Shown here one piece after another: positions 53,367-62,902 of a stretch of 64,000 bases of DNA (position 1 is its first letter; every line of letters starts with the position of its first letter). Both the position numbers and the translations under genes were made by a program. Source of the DNA: Candidatus Oxydemutatoraceae bacterium (lineage in GTDB: Bacteria > Pseudomonadota > Gammaproteobacteria > Poriferisulfidales > Oxydemutatoraceae); assembly GCA_965219575.1 (NCBI GenBank), contig OZ244779.1:64001-128000 (forward strand), in the 5' to 3' direction. The notes under the pieces are model-generated. The model was not told the origin of the DNA and made no database searches. It worked only from the letters and a program-made list of their open reading frames with translations.

Positions 53367-53899
53367 AAACAAACACAAAAGCTATAAAACACACTGCAAA
53401 GTGTATCGTCAAAACCGCTTTATTGCTTAGCTATATCGCCTTGTCGTTAACAACCCAAGTCGCGATCGCCGAGGACAAGCCGGTTTTCCTTGAAATTAGA
53501 CAACTGACTGCCGAGTCGGCAATGAAAATCGGCAACGCCGCATTGGAGGATTGCACCCGGCGCGGGTTCAAGGTCGGTGTGAGTATCACCTCGCGCGAAG
53601 GTCAACTACTTTTTTTCATCCGCCATCCGCTGGCCGGACCCCATACTCCGATGATTAGTCACGCCAAAGCATATACCTCTTCGACGATGGGGGTTACAAC
53701 ATCCGCACTCACCGGAACCAACACGCAAAAGCTCAACTACTACGAGAACATTACCACCTTAGGCGGCGGTGTGCCGATTGTCGTTGCCGGTCATCAATAC
53801 GGTGGCATCGGTGTATCCGGTGCAACACCCGAAGCCGACGAAGAATGTGCCGAAGTCGGCATCAAAACCATCGAGGAAGATTTAGAGTTCAGTGAATAG
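53363..53899 (+). CDS. GlcG/HbpS heme-binding protein
   Basis: KAYTS, GGGVPI, GGIGVSGA...DEECA. Confidence 0.85.
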   Translation: MKTNTKAIKHTAKCIVKTALLLSYIALSLTTQVAIAEDKPVFLEIRQLTAESAMKIGNAALEDCTRRGFKVGVSITSREGQLLFFIRHPLAGPHTPMISHAKAYTSSTMGVTTSALTGTNTQKLNYYENITTLGGGVPIVVAGHQYGGIGVSGATPEADEECAEVGIKTIEEDLEFSE

Positions 53900-55037
53900 G
53901 CCGTCTTTTGATTACACGCCCTGCCGCAACTGCGCTTTGCAGGCAGTGCTATGGTTCAATAAAAATGTATTGATGCTGGCTTGCCTGACACTTCTCGCAG
54001 TATGCTCGGCGGCTATCGCCGACAGCGAGATCGGGTCGCCGGCGGTTGAACCGGACGGCGACGGCTCTATGAGCAATGTATACGCACAAGAAAGACCCGA
54101 CTGGTTCGGCATGTCTTTCTTGGATATCGCCGAGGATGTCGAAGAGGCGGCAGCCGAAGACAAACACTACGGACTCTATTTTTATCAGGATGGGTGCCCT
54201 TATTGTGAAAAGTTAATCAACGATAACTTCGGACAATACCGCATTAACGAATATGCAAAAGCGAACTTCAACATCGCGCCGATCAACATTTTCGGTGCCG
54301 TCGAAGTAACCGACCTCGACGGTATTCCGAGACCGGAAAGTGCTTTTTCCGAACACCGAAAAATTCAATTCACACCGACGATGATTTTTTTCTCACCGCT
54401 GGGAGAAGTCTTTCGCATGAACGGCTATTATCCACCGCATAAATTCCTCGCAATGCTGGAATATATAACCGACGAATACTACCTCGAAGACATAACTTTT
54501 ATAGACTTCCTGCAGACCAAAGAAGTCTCTCCGGCATCCGATGAGATGCACTACGCTTCGGAAATGTTGCGCCCTCCGCTCGATATGACCGAAAACACGC
54601 TAGGCGCAAACAAACCCGTCTTGGTTTTGTTCGAACAACCGCGCTGTTTGGCGTGCGACGAATTGCATCTTGATGTCCTGAAACGAGAAGCAAGCAACGA
54701 ACTATATCGACAATTTGAAACGGTAATGATTAATGTCTACGGCAAGGAAACCCTCGTGCCGCCGAACGGCGGTGGCGAAACCAGCGAAAAAGCATGGGCG
54801 CGTGAACTGGGCATCAAATACACACCGTCTTTGGTGTTCTATCAACGGCAAAGCGAAAGCCAACCATTAGCCGAAGTGTTTCGCGTCGAAGGCTATGTGA
54901 AAACCTTTCATGTGCAATCGGCAATGGAATATATACTATCGCAGGCTTATGCAAAACCTCAAGACTTCCAAGAATTCATCAGATTACGCGCCGAGTCAAT
55001 GAGACCCGAAGACGGCTATTTAGACATCATGCACTAG
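53892..55037 (+). CDS. Double thioredoxin-fold protein (SoxW-like)
   Basis: CPYC and CLAC motifs, FTPT/YTPS cis-Pro loops. Confidence 0.78.
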   Translation: MNRPSFDYTPCRNCALQAVLWFNKNVLMLACLTLLAVCSAAIADSEIGSPAVEPDGDGSMSNVYAQERPDWFGMSFLDIAEDVEEAAAEDKHYGLYFYQDGCPYCEKLINDNFGQYRINEYAKANFNIAPINIFGAVEVTDLDGIPRPESAFSEHRKIQFTPTMIFFSPLGEVFRMNGYYPPHKFLAMLEYITDEYYLEDITFIDFLQTKEVSPASDEMHYASEMLRPPLDMTENTLGANKPVLVLFEQPRCLACDELHLDVLKREASNELYRQFETVMINVYGKETLVPPNGGGETSEKAWARELGIKYTPSLVFYQRQSESQPLAEVFRVEGYVKTFHVQSAMEYILSQAYAKPQDFQEFIRLRAESMRPEDGYLDIMH

Positions 55038-55063
55038 AGCCTCCCCCCAATTCACAAAAACCA

Positions 55064-55264
55064 CCGTAGGGGCGGACTTGTATGTCCGCCCTAAAGTGTC
55101 GTTCTGCACAGCCGTAATCGCTTGCGCAGTATGGTTTTGGTTTCCATAAATTAACTGGTGTACGATTTTATTTGTGCGGACGCAACGCGTTACAGTTCTG
55201 CATAACGTTACGCCGATTGAGCCGGTAGGTCAATCGACGGTTCTATTTTTCAACAGCCCCATGT
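55064..55264. repeat. Mosaic repeat colinear with 2234-2434
   Basis: REP + spacer + CCGATTGA hairpin + TTTTCAACAGCCCCATGT. Confidence 0.88.
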
Positions 55265-55540
55265 TTATGATGCCACCGCCAATACAACGCTTGCCAAGAA
55301 TACACCTATAATCGAGGTCATCGCAACGATGCTTCCGATGAATAATGCAACACCCCATTTTGTGATGTCTGCTCTTAGTTCCGATTGGGCTGCTTTTACT
55401 TCTGCTATCTCGGATTTAACTTCAGCCTTAAACTCCGTTATCTCAGACTTAACTTCAGCCTTAAACTCCGCTATTTCAGACTTAAACTCTGTGCGCATGT
55501 TAACTATCATTTCGTATAGTTTTTCGTTGGTTATGTTCAT
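55265..55540 (-). CDS. Small coiled-coil/TM protein (subfamily A), 91 aa
   Basis: Paralogue of 1620; start at MNITNEKL after GGAG. Confidence 0.75.
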   Translation of the reverse strand: MNITNEKLYEMIVNMRTEFKSEIAEFKAEVKSEITEFKAEVKSEIAEVKAAQSELRADITKWGVALFIGSIVAMTSIIGVFLASVVLAVAS

Positions 55541-55731
55541 ATCTTTCTCCATATTGAAATTATAAATAAATACCTCGCTAAAGCAAGGCTTCGCTACGGA
55601 TACTAATAGCACAGCGGCATATTTCCGAGATTCGGCAACCCGACGAACGGTAGCAAATATCAGACAGACGGTGACCTTGGCCCATTTTTAGTGCCACATC
55701 CATAACGAATTTTCATCCTGCCGCCTCAAAT

Positions 55732-55758
55732 TTGACAGCCCCCCCCCCATGCTAAATT
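55732..55758 (+). promoter_or_regulatory. Sigma-70 promoter with C10 tract in the spacer
   Basis: TTGACA-G-C10-ATGC-TAAATT (15-bp spacer, extended -10 TG). Confidence 0.7.
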
Positions 55759-55824
55759 CCCTATTTTTAATTAATAAAACATAAGACTGTTAAAGTTTAT
55801 AGTAATCAACAAAGGAGAAAGGAA

Positions 55825-56871
55825 ATGATGTATTGGGCAATGCGTACTTACAGAAAATCAGAAAAGCATACTTACAAAAAAGCGGCAGAGCTGCGCAAAT
55901 TCCTTGCTAACGAATTATTCTCAAAGGGTCGGCTACGTCAAGGTTGGGGATGGGAACACGATCAGGACCTTCGCAAAATTCGAGAAATGTTGCGTAAGGG
56001 CAAGACGCTCAATGACGGACAGAACAAAGCTAACGGAAATCGATTTATGCTTGATGGCGACCCTTCACAACACATGAACGTCGGTGATATCGTTCTAGTG
56101 CCGAACATGCCGTACGACGGCACCTTCACGCTTTGCCGCATCACTGGCCCCTACGAATATGAAGTCTCAGAGCATGGTGAATTCGGTCATATTCTACCTG
56201 TTGAGGTGCTGACACTAAGTGGTGTTGCAAACAATCACGAACTGGTTGATGCTGGACTTCGCCAAAGCCTGCGATGTCTTCGCCGGAAATGGTGCATATC
56301 TCCTTACTCCGACTGTCTGGAGGCGATAATCCAGAGCAATCTTTCTGCCGAATCCCTTGCACAGGGCGTCACGGCAGCGGAGCGTACCGACAGCCTTGTT
56401 TCTGAACTCATCACCGAACCAATTAACGTTATGGCGAGCGATCTCGCAGATAAGCTCCCCAAATTCCTTCAAGGTGCGGAATGGGAGACTGGCATCCTGT
56501 CCGCGTTGGAACCGTTGTTTCCGGCAACCGTTCGACACACTGGTGGCAGAAGCGAACAAGGCGCGGACTTGGAAGTCGTCATTTCCAACCCTTTTGACGA
56601 TAGTAAAAATTGGATAGTGCCGATTCAGGTCAAAGACCATTGGGGCACTGAAAGAAAGGGTGTTGTCCGCCAACTCGAAGAAGCCTATGATACGCGCTCC
56701 GAGAGAGGCATTGTCATTGCCGTGGTGCTCCTCGTAACCAGAGCAGAATCTTCCCCTGAATTGGAAGCGGAGATGTCTCGGTTAAGCGATGAAAAAGGCG
56801 TACCGTTCATATTCTGTAGCGGTGATGATTTGATGCAGATTCTCGCAAGGGGTTTCTTGAAGCGCATCTAG
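55825..56871 (+). CDS. Putative restriction-like PD-(D/E)xK endonuclease (Mrr-like C-terminal domain)
   Basis: LRQGWG N-terminal domain; EQGADLEV...IQVK catalytic pattern. Confidence 0.7.
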   Translation: MMYWAMRTYRKSEKHTYKKAAELRKFLANELFSKGRLRQGWGWEHDQDLRKIREMLRKGKTLNDGQNKANGNRFMLDGDPSQHMNVGDIVLVPNMPYDGTFTLCRITGPYEYEVSEHGEFGHILPVEVLTLSGVANNHELVDAGLRQSLRCLRRKWCISPYSDCLEAIIQSNLSAESLAQGVTAAERTDSLVSELITEPINVMASDLADKLPKFLQGAEWETGILSALEPLFPATVRHTGGRSEQGADLEVVISNPFDDSKNWIVPIQVKDHWGTERKGVVRQLEEAYDTRSERGIVIAVVLLVTRAESSPELEAEMSRLSDEKGVPFIFCSGDDLMQILARGFLKRI

Positions 56872-56997
56872 GCAACACGCTTATCCTTGGGCTGGTTGTC
56901 CGCAGACCCTTGGAGTTGAGTTTGGGCAAAACGATATTTTTCAGCATTCCCACATGTCTGCACTAGTTAAATTCCCCTCCTATGCACTTGCAAATGG

Positions 56998-57219
56998 TTA
57001 TGATGCCACCGCCAATACGACGCTCGCCAAGAATATACCTATAATTGAGGTCATCGCAACGATGCTTCCGATGAATAATGCAACACCCCATTTTGCGATG
57101 TCTGCTCTCAGTTCCGATTGGGCTGCTTTTATTTCAGCTATCTCGGATTTAACCTCAGCCTTAATCTCTGTGCGCATATTAACTATCATTTCGTATAGTT
57201 TTTCGTTGGTTATGTTCAT
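56998..57219 (-). CDS. Small coiled-coil/TM protein (subfamily A), 73 aa
   Basis: Paralogue of 55265 and 1620. Confidence 0.75.
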   Translation of the reverse strand: MNITNEKLYEMIVNMRTEIKAEVKSEIAEIKAAQSELRADIAKWGVALFIGSIVAMTSIIGIFLASVVLAVAS

Positions 57220-57452
57220 ATCTTTCTCCATATTGAAATTATAAATAAATAGCCTGCTAAAGCAAGGCTTCGCTATAGATACTAATAGCACAAAGGCCTA
57301 TTAACGAGATTCGGCAAACCGACGAACGGTAGCAAATATTAGACAGACGGAGACATTAGCCCATTATTAGTGCCACATCCATAGCGAATTTTCATGCTGT
57401 AGCCTTCGTAAATAGACTAGGGCTTGATACGCCAAAATTATCAACCCAAAAT

Positions 57453-57485
57453 TTGACAGCCCCCCCCCCCCCCCCGTGCTATACT
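57453..57485 (+). promoter_or_regulatory. Sigma-70 promoter with C16 tract in the spacer
   Basis: TTGACA-G-C16-GTGC-TATACT (21-bp spacer, extended -10 TG). Confidence 0.7.
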
Positions 57486-57550
57486 TCCGACTTTTAACTA
57501 ATAAAACACTAATAGTAATTCAAACCATATAAATAAGGAGAGAAAATAAA

Positions 57551-58438
57551 ATGGCGAAAATAAACCTTGCTCATTTGCTAGATATAAACTTGGATCAGTT
57601 GAACCAATACAAATTTCATGCTGCTGTATGGAATGGTTGGAAACATCCTTTGGATGATTTCATAAAAGATGGAAAAATTGCAGGTAGAGGAGACGATTCG
57701 CTTTGGTGGGGGTGGCAAGCCTATCATGAGGAAGGAAAGAAAGATAGGTGGACACGTCAATACATTGTGTCGTTCATGCAATTTTACCCTGAAGGCATAA
57801 AAATGTGGTTATTCGGCGGTATATTTGAGGTGAAGGGGAAAAGAGAGGATGGTTATTATGATGTACATTTAACAGACAAAGGAAAAGAATGGATTGGTCG
57901 CTTAAAAGTTTCTTATCCGGAACCTAAAAGACAAAGATATCCATATTTAGAGAATGTTTATGATGATCTCGAATTTAGTGAGATGCTAAAAGTACGATAT
58001 TCTGGTGCAATCTTCCCTGGCTATGAAAATGTTAGTCTGAAATTTGATGAACTTGAGTTTATCGTCAATGCCAATAAAGAGGACTGGAAAAACACTTTAT
58101 CCTCTGTCAAAGGCATTTACGTTATTTTTGATAAAGAGACTGGCAAAAAATATGTAGGTTCAGCCTACGGAGAGAATGGAATTTGGGGTAGATGGTGTCA
58201 ATATGTGGAGCATCTTCACGGCGGTAACAAAGAACTAAAAAAACTCCTTGAAGGCGATAGCCTGCAGGAAATATTTCAAAAAGAAGATTCTAGAGATTAT
58301 GTAAGAAAAAATTTTAGATTCACGATGATTGAATGGACATCTTACAAAAACAAAACCGACGACTCATACATCATAGGACGAGAGAACTTTTGGAAAGAAG
58401 CACTTCTGAGCCGCGAGTTTGGATATAACGCAAATTGA
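57551..58438 (+). CDS. GIY-YIG nuclease family protein
   Basis: KGIYVI...YVGSAYG...RW..Y, HGGN, REnFWK, GYNAN; AT-rich. Confidence 0.88.
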   Translation: MAKINLAHLLDINLDQLNQYKFHAAVWNGWKHPLDDFIKDGKIAGRGDDSLWWGWQAYHEEGKKDRWTRQYIVSFMQFYPEGIKMWLFGGIFEVKGKREDGYYDVHLTDKGKEWIGRLKVSYPEPKRQRYPYLENVYDDLEFSEMLKVRYSGAIFPGYENVSLKFDELEFIVNANKEDWKNTLSSVKGIYVIFDKETGKKYVGSAYGENGIWGRWCQYVEHLHGGNKELKKLLEGDSLQEIFQKEDSRDYVRKNFRFTMIEWTSYKNKTDDSYIIGRENFWKEALLSREFGYNAN

Positions 58439-58579
58439 TTAAACCAACATACAATTAAAAAGGGACATTTTTAGGCAACCTTCCCAATATTGCACTTTCA
58501 CACTTACTAATCCCTACACATAAAATTAAATAGTAGCGTTTTGTCTCCCGATTTCGTTATTAGCATCGGAGGGTAGTAT

Positions 58580-59098
58580 TTACTGCCCCCTTGTCATTGC
58601 CAAATAAACCTGCGCTAACAGATGCGCATCTGTCAATGCGCCGTGCAGCTTGCGGTGGCTGTTATCAATCCCATAACGGCGGCACAACGCATCTAGTGTT
58701 CTGGGTTGTAAATGTCGTCTTTTAGCCATTTTCAGTGTGTCGGCAACAGTACATCGGGCTTCTGCGATAAACTTTTTGCGGTTCAAAAGTTGCAGTTCGC
58801 TGTCTAAAAAACTTAAATCAAACCGCGCATTGTGTATCAAAATTTGCGCACCTCGTACAAAAGATATAAGTTCATCACAAATGTCTGCGAACAACGGACT
58901 ATCTTTTAGCATCTTCCATGTATAGCCATGGATTTTTGTTGCATCTCTGTCTACTTTGCGTTGGGGATTTATCGTAGTATGGAAACTACGCTCCGTGATA
59001 GTACGGCCTACGATCTCAACACAAGCAACCTCTAAAATCCGATGCCCCTCTTGCGGATCCAATCCGGTGGTCTCGGTATCTAGAGCGATTTGTCTCAT
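58580..59098 (-). CDS. dnaQ: DNA polymerase III epsilon-like DEDDh exonuclease (short form)
   Basis: LDTETTG, HNARFD, LDALC, HGALTD; ends MTRGQ. Confidence 0.88.
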   Translation of the reverse strand: MRQIALDTETTGLDPQEGHRILEVACVEIVGRTITERSFHTTINPQRKVDRDATKIHGYTWKMLKDSPLFADICDELISFVRGAQILIHNARFDLSFLDSELQLLNRKKFIAEARCTVADTLKMAKRRHLQPRTLDALCRRYGIDNSHRKLHGALTDAHLLAQVYLAMTRGQ

Positions 59099-59194
59099 TG
59101 CTAACTCCTGTCTATTATTCTCGTGTGCCTTATTGAACGCTCATTATAAAAATTGCAATCACTCTGTCAATCCTAATGACGTTCCCTCATTTTT

Positions 59195-59717
59195 ATGCCA
59201 CCCCATGTAAAGGTTTTACATTCTACAATATGGACTAAGATTTTGTACGATATTACGCCGATTGACCCACTGGCTCAATCGGCGTTTCTATTGCGCCTGC
59301 CATTCTTCCGAAGGAGGGGAATGTACCAGCACTGTACTTATGCAGACCATTACGGGCTGTTGAAAAAGTATCGCCGGCGTGCAACCGTAACCGCTTGCGC
59401 CGTGAATTTATAATAACCACCAAGCCGTAGGGGCAGACCTGTGTGTCTGCCCTTAAGTACCGTTCTGCACGACACCAACCGCTTGCGCCGTATAGTTTTG
59501 GTTTCCATAAATTGAATGGATGAATGTATAAATCGTGCCGGCCAACGCGTTACGGGCGGACATGTTAGTCCGCCCCTACGGTTCGTGGATACTTTTTCAA
59601 CAGCCCCCATTAGCAACCACCCCGTCAGGCTGCGCCTGCCATTCTTCCGAAGGAGGGGAATGGACCGACACTATAATTATGCAGATACGCCACGGCTGCC
59701 TTTCCACAGGAGGGGAA
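59195..59717. repeat. Large mosaic intergenic repeat
   Basis: All repeat modules present; hosts the TIR element 59353-59607. Confidence 0.85.
59353..59607. mobile_element. TIR-bounded MITE with inverted REP doublet and 5-bp target duplication
   Basis: CGGGCTGTTGAAAAAG...CTTTTTCAACAGCCCC flanked by CATTA/CATTA. Confidence 0.8.
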
Positions 59718-59734
59718 ACGGCTCGCTCCTATAA

Positions 59735-60751
59735 ATGGTATATAATATGCTTTTAGTGAAACAGACGACTAAAAACCTTTCTCCTACAACCCGCCTACAA
59801 CTTAATAAACAAGGCGAGCTAAGACATTTCCTGTGTATAGCGGGACTTTCTCAAAGTTTATTAAAAAGATTATTCAACACTGCCACTTCGTTCATTCAAG
59901 AAAAGAACTCGGTGGTTAAGAAAGTGCCTTTGCTGCGCGCCAAAACCGTTGCCAATCTTTTTTTTGAGAGTAGTACCCGCACCCGTTCCACTTTTGAACT
60001 TGCGGCAAAACGATTGTCTGCCGATGTGCTCAATTTGAATACGAGCGTTGCCGCGGTTCAAAAAGGCGAGTCGTTATTGGATACCTTAAAAAGTCTGGAA
60101 GCCATGAATGTGGATATCTTCGTCGTCCGACACAGCGACAGCGGTGCTGCGCAGTTTATTGCTCGGAACATAAAAAAGGGTGTTGCCGTAATCAACGCCG
60201 GCGACGGTAGCCATGCGCACCCCACGCAAGCCTTATTGGATATGTATACCATCATGCAACATAAACCGGATTTAGCGTCGCTCAATATTGCGATCATCGG
60301 GGACATAAGACATTCTCGGGTGGCGCGCTCGCAAATCTCAATACTCAAAACAATGGGGGTTAAAAATATCCGCTTGATCGGTCCCACAACTTTGTTGCCG
60401 TCGTTTGCCGAAAAACTGGAAGGGCAGGTTTTTCATACCGTAGAAGAGGGTGTCTCAGGTGCCGATGTCATTATCGTATTGCGTCTGCAAAAAGAGCGTA
60501 TGCAGGGTGGTTTCCTCCCCAGCATGAACGAGTATTATCATTGTTACGGGATGACTATAGAGCGCCTCAAGCTCGCCGCACCCGACGCTATGGTGATGCA
60601 CCCGGGACCTATCAACCGCGGGGTTGAAATCAGTTCTTTGGTTGCCGACGGGCATCAATCGGTCATACTAGAGCAGGTAACCTACGGCATTGCGATTAGG
60701 ATGGCAGTTATGTCTCATGTGGTCAGCGGACAAATGCAGGAGGTTCTCTGA
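59735..60751 (+). CDS. pyrB: Aspartate carbamoyltransferase catalytic subunit
   Basis: [24 protein letters not shown]. Confidence 0.97.
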   Translation: MVYNMLLVKQTTKNLSPTTRLQLNKQGELRHFLCIAGLSQSLLKRLFNTATSFIQEKNSVVKKVPLLRAKTVANLFFESSTRTRSTFELAAKRLSADVLNLNTSVAAVQKGESLLDTLKSLEAMNVDIFVVRHSDSGAAQFIARNIKKGVAVINAGDGSHAHPTQALLDMYTIMQHKPDLASLNIAIIGDIRHSRVARSQISILKTMGVKNIRLIGPTTLLPSFAEKLEGQVFHTVEEGVSGADVIIVLRLQKERMQGGFLPSMNEYYHCYGMTIERLKLAAPDAMVMHPGPINRGVEISSLVADGHQSVILEQVTYGIAIRMAVMSHVVSGQMQEVL

Positions 60752-62037
60752 TGAATCTACTGATTAAAAATGCTCGCTTGCTTAATACGGAGAAAGCACC
60801 TGCCCCCCCAACCGATATTGCTATTCGGCAAGGTGCTATAGAAGTTATAGGTGAAGTGCCTGCGAATTTTGTTGCCGAGCGTACCATCGATGCCAAAGGT
60901 TTATCGGCAATTCCCGGTTTAGTCGACTTGAGCGTTTATCTACGAGACCCAGGCTTCGAATACAAAGCGACGATCGCATCGGAAACCAGAGCGGCAGCGG
61001 CAGGTGGTGTTACCACATTGTGTTGTATGCCCGACACCGAACCCAGAATAGATTCGGCATCCACCGTTGAACTGATACAAAAGCGGGCGCACGATGCCGA
61101 TTTCTGCAAGGTTTTGACTATAGGTGCGATGACGAGAAAGCTGGCAGGACTAGAACTCAGCGAGATGGCTGCGCTCAAAGAGGCGGGCTGCGTTGCAGTG
61201 AGTCATTGCCACTATCCGTTTGCCAATGCTTTGATATTGCGGCGTGCAATGGAGTATGCGTCCGGGCTGGGCTTGAAGCTATTTATACAACCTTTTGATA
61301 AGTCTCTGGCGATGAACGGTTGCGCCCACGAAGGTGCTTTGGCATTGCGTTTGGGGTTGGCAGGCATTCCGGCAGCATCCGAAACCGCGATTTTAAGCCA
61401 ATGTATAGAAATTGCCGAAGACTTGGATGTGGCAGTGCATTTCTGTCGTCTCTCGTGTGCGCGCTCGGTAGAACTGGTTGCCACTGCACAAGCACGGGGT
61501 TTGGCAATCAGTGCCGATGTGAGTGCGCATCAACTCTTTCTAAGTGAGGAGATGCTGATACACTTTGATCCCAATTACCATGTATTGCCGCCGTTGCGTA
61601 GCGAGCAAGATCGCAACGCATTGCGCGCCGCGATTCAAGACGGCACGATCTCTGCAATATGCTCCGACCACCAACCGCACGATATCAGTGCCAAATTGGT
61701 GCCTTTCCCGTCCAGCGAACCGGGCATCTCTGCGATAGAAACTTTGCTCCCCCTAGCACTGCGCTTGGTCGACGAAAATGTCGTTGATTTGACAAAAGCG
61801 ATTGACTTGCTAACCCGAGGTCCGGCGGCGGTGCTTAATTGGGGTTGCGGCACATTGCAGAAAGGTGGGGTTGCGGATCTTTGTCTGGTTGATTTAGATG
61901 AGAAGTGGACTTTGTCGGCGCAGCATCTGTATAGTAGTGGCACCAATTCGCCTTTTGTCGGTGAAACATTCAAAGGGCGTATACATTACACAATATGCAA
62001 CGGCAAAGTGAGTTATGAGTCCAAGTCCTCCCGATAA
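60751..62037 (+). CDS. pyrC: Dihydroorotase-like protein (probably inactive PyrC')
   Basis: Amidohydrolase fold; DLSVYLR in place of DxHxHxR. Confidence 0.85.
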   Translation: MNLLIKNARLLNTEKAPAPPTDIAIRQGAIEVIGEVPANFVAERTIDAKGLSAIPGLVDLSVYLRDPGFEYKATIASETRAAAAGGVTTLCCMPDTEPRIDSASTVELIQKRAHDADFCKVLTIGAMTRKLAGLELSEMAALKEAGCVAVSHCHYPFANALILRRAMEYASGLGLKLFIQPFDKSLAMNGCAHEGALALRLGLAGIPAASETAILSQCIEIAEDLDVAVHFCRLSCARSVELVATAQARGLAISADVSAHQLFLSEEMLIHFDPNYHVLPPLRSEQDRNALRAAIQDGTISAICSDHQPHDISAKLVPFPSSEPGISAIETLLPLALRLVDENVVDLTKAIDLLTRGPAAVLNWGCGTLQKGGVADLCLVDLDEKWTLSAQHLYSSGTNSPFVGETFKGRIHYTICNGKVSYESKSSR

Positions 62038-62902
62038 ACGCGCAACCATCTTTGTTGAACAAGCAAAGGTGCTCAATCATACCGCATATCCTGCACAGCA
62101 ATATCGTATGATTTTACATGCGCCGCGTTGTGCGGAGACTGCGCGCCCCGGCAATTTCGTACATCTGCGCTGTAGCGAGACATTGGCAATGAGGCGACCG
62201 TATTCAATTATGTCGGTATCAAGGCAGCAAGGTCATATAGAACTGCTATACAAAGTGGTCGGCAAAGGCGGTGAGGCACTATCGCAAAAACGAACCGGCG
62301 ACGAGGTCAATCTTCTAGGACCCATAGGTAATTGTTTTACACCGCACCGACAGCGTCCCGAATTATTACTGCTGGGCGGCGGAGTCGGTATCCCGCCGAT
62401 ATTTTTCTTGGCACGACAAATCAAACAAGATAAGGTTTATAAACCTTTGGTCATGGTTGCTTCGGAGGTTCCTTTTCCCTTTGAGTTAAAACCCTCGCAG
62501 TTGCAGGTGTCGGAAATAAGCCTCGATTGTCATCTCGCTTTGGCGGAACTTGAGGCATCGGGCATTGCGTCTCGGCTGGCAAGTGGGCGCAAAAAACAAG
62601 GGTGCTTTGACGGCTACATAGATGCCTTTGCGCGCACCTATTTGGAAAAAATATCTCGGCAAAGACTAGCGCGCACTGAGCTATTCGCTTGCGGTCCCGA
62701 AGCCATGCTAAAAAGCGTCGCCGAACTTTCTGCCGAGTTCAAGGTGCCGTGTCAAATTGCGGTGGAGGAGTATATGGCATGCGGTGTAGGCGGATGCGCC
62801 GGCTGTACGATTGCAGTTCGGCAAAACGGCAAAAACGAGATGAAGCGCGTGTGTGTGGACGGCCCGGTATTTAACGCAAACCAATTAGTGGGCTTTGTCT
62901 GA
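62015..62902 (+). CDS. pyrK: Dihydroorotate dehydrogenase electron-transfer subunit
   Basis: RRPYS, GGGVG, CGP, MACGVGGCAGC...CVDGP. Confidence 0.9.
   Translation: MSPSPPDKRATIFVEQAKVLNHTAYPAQQYRMILHAPRCAETARPGNFVHLRCSETLAMRRPYSIMSVSRQQGHIELLYKVVGKGGEALSQKRTGDEVNLLGPIGNCFTPHRQRPELLLLGGGVGIPPIFFLARQIKQDKVYKPLVMVASEVPFPFELKPSQLQVSEISLDCHLALAELEASGIASRLASGRKKQGCFDGYIDAFARTYLEKISRQRLARTELFACGPEAMLKSVAELSAEFKVPCQIAVEEYMACGVGGCAGCTIAVRQNGKNEMKRVCVDGPVFNANQLVGFV

Noticed and set aside
55265-58438. Integron cassette array or prophage
   Set aside because: No integrase, no recognisable attC palindromes and no phage structural genes.
59195-59717. Possible CRISPR array in the clustered intergenic repeats
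   Set aside because: No constant-length direct repeats with unique spacers and no cas genes; the modules are dispersed and inverted.
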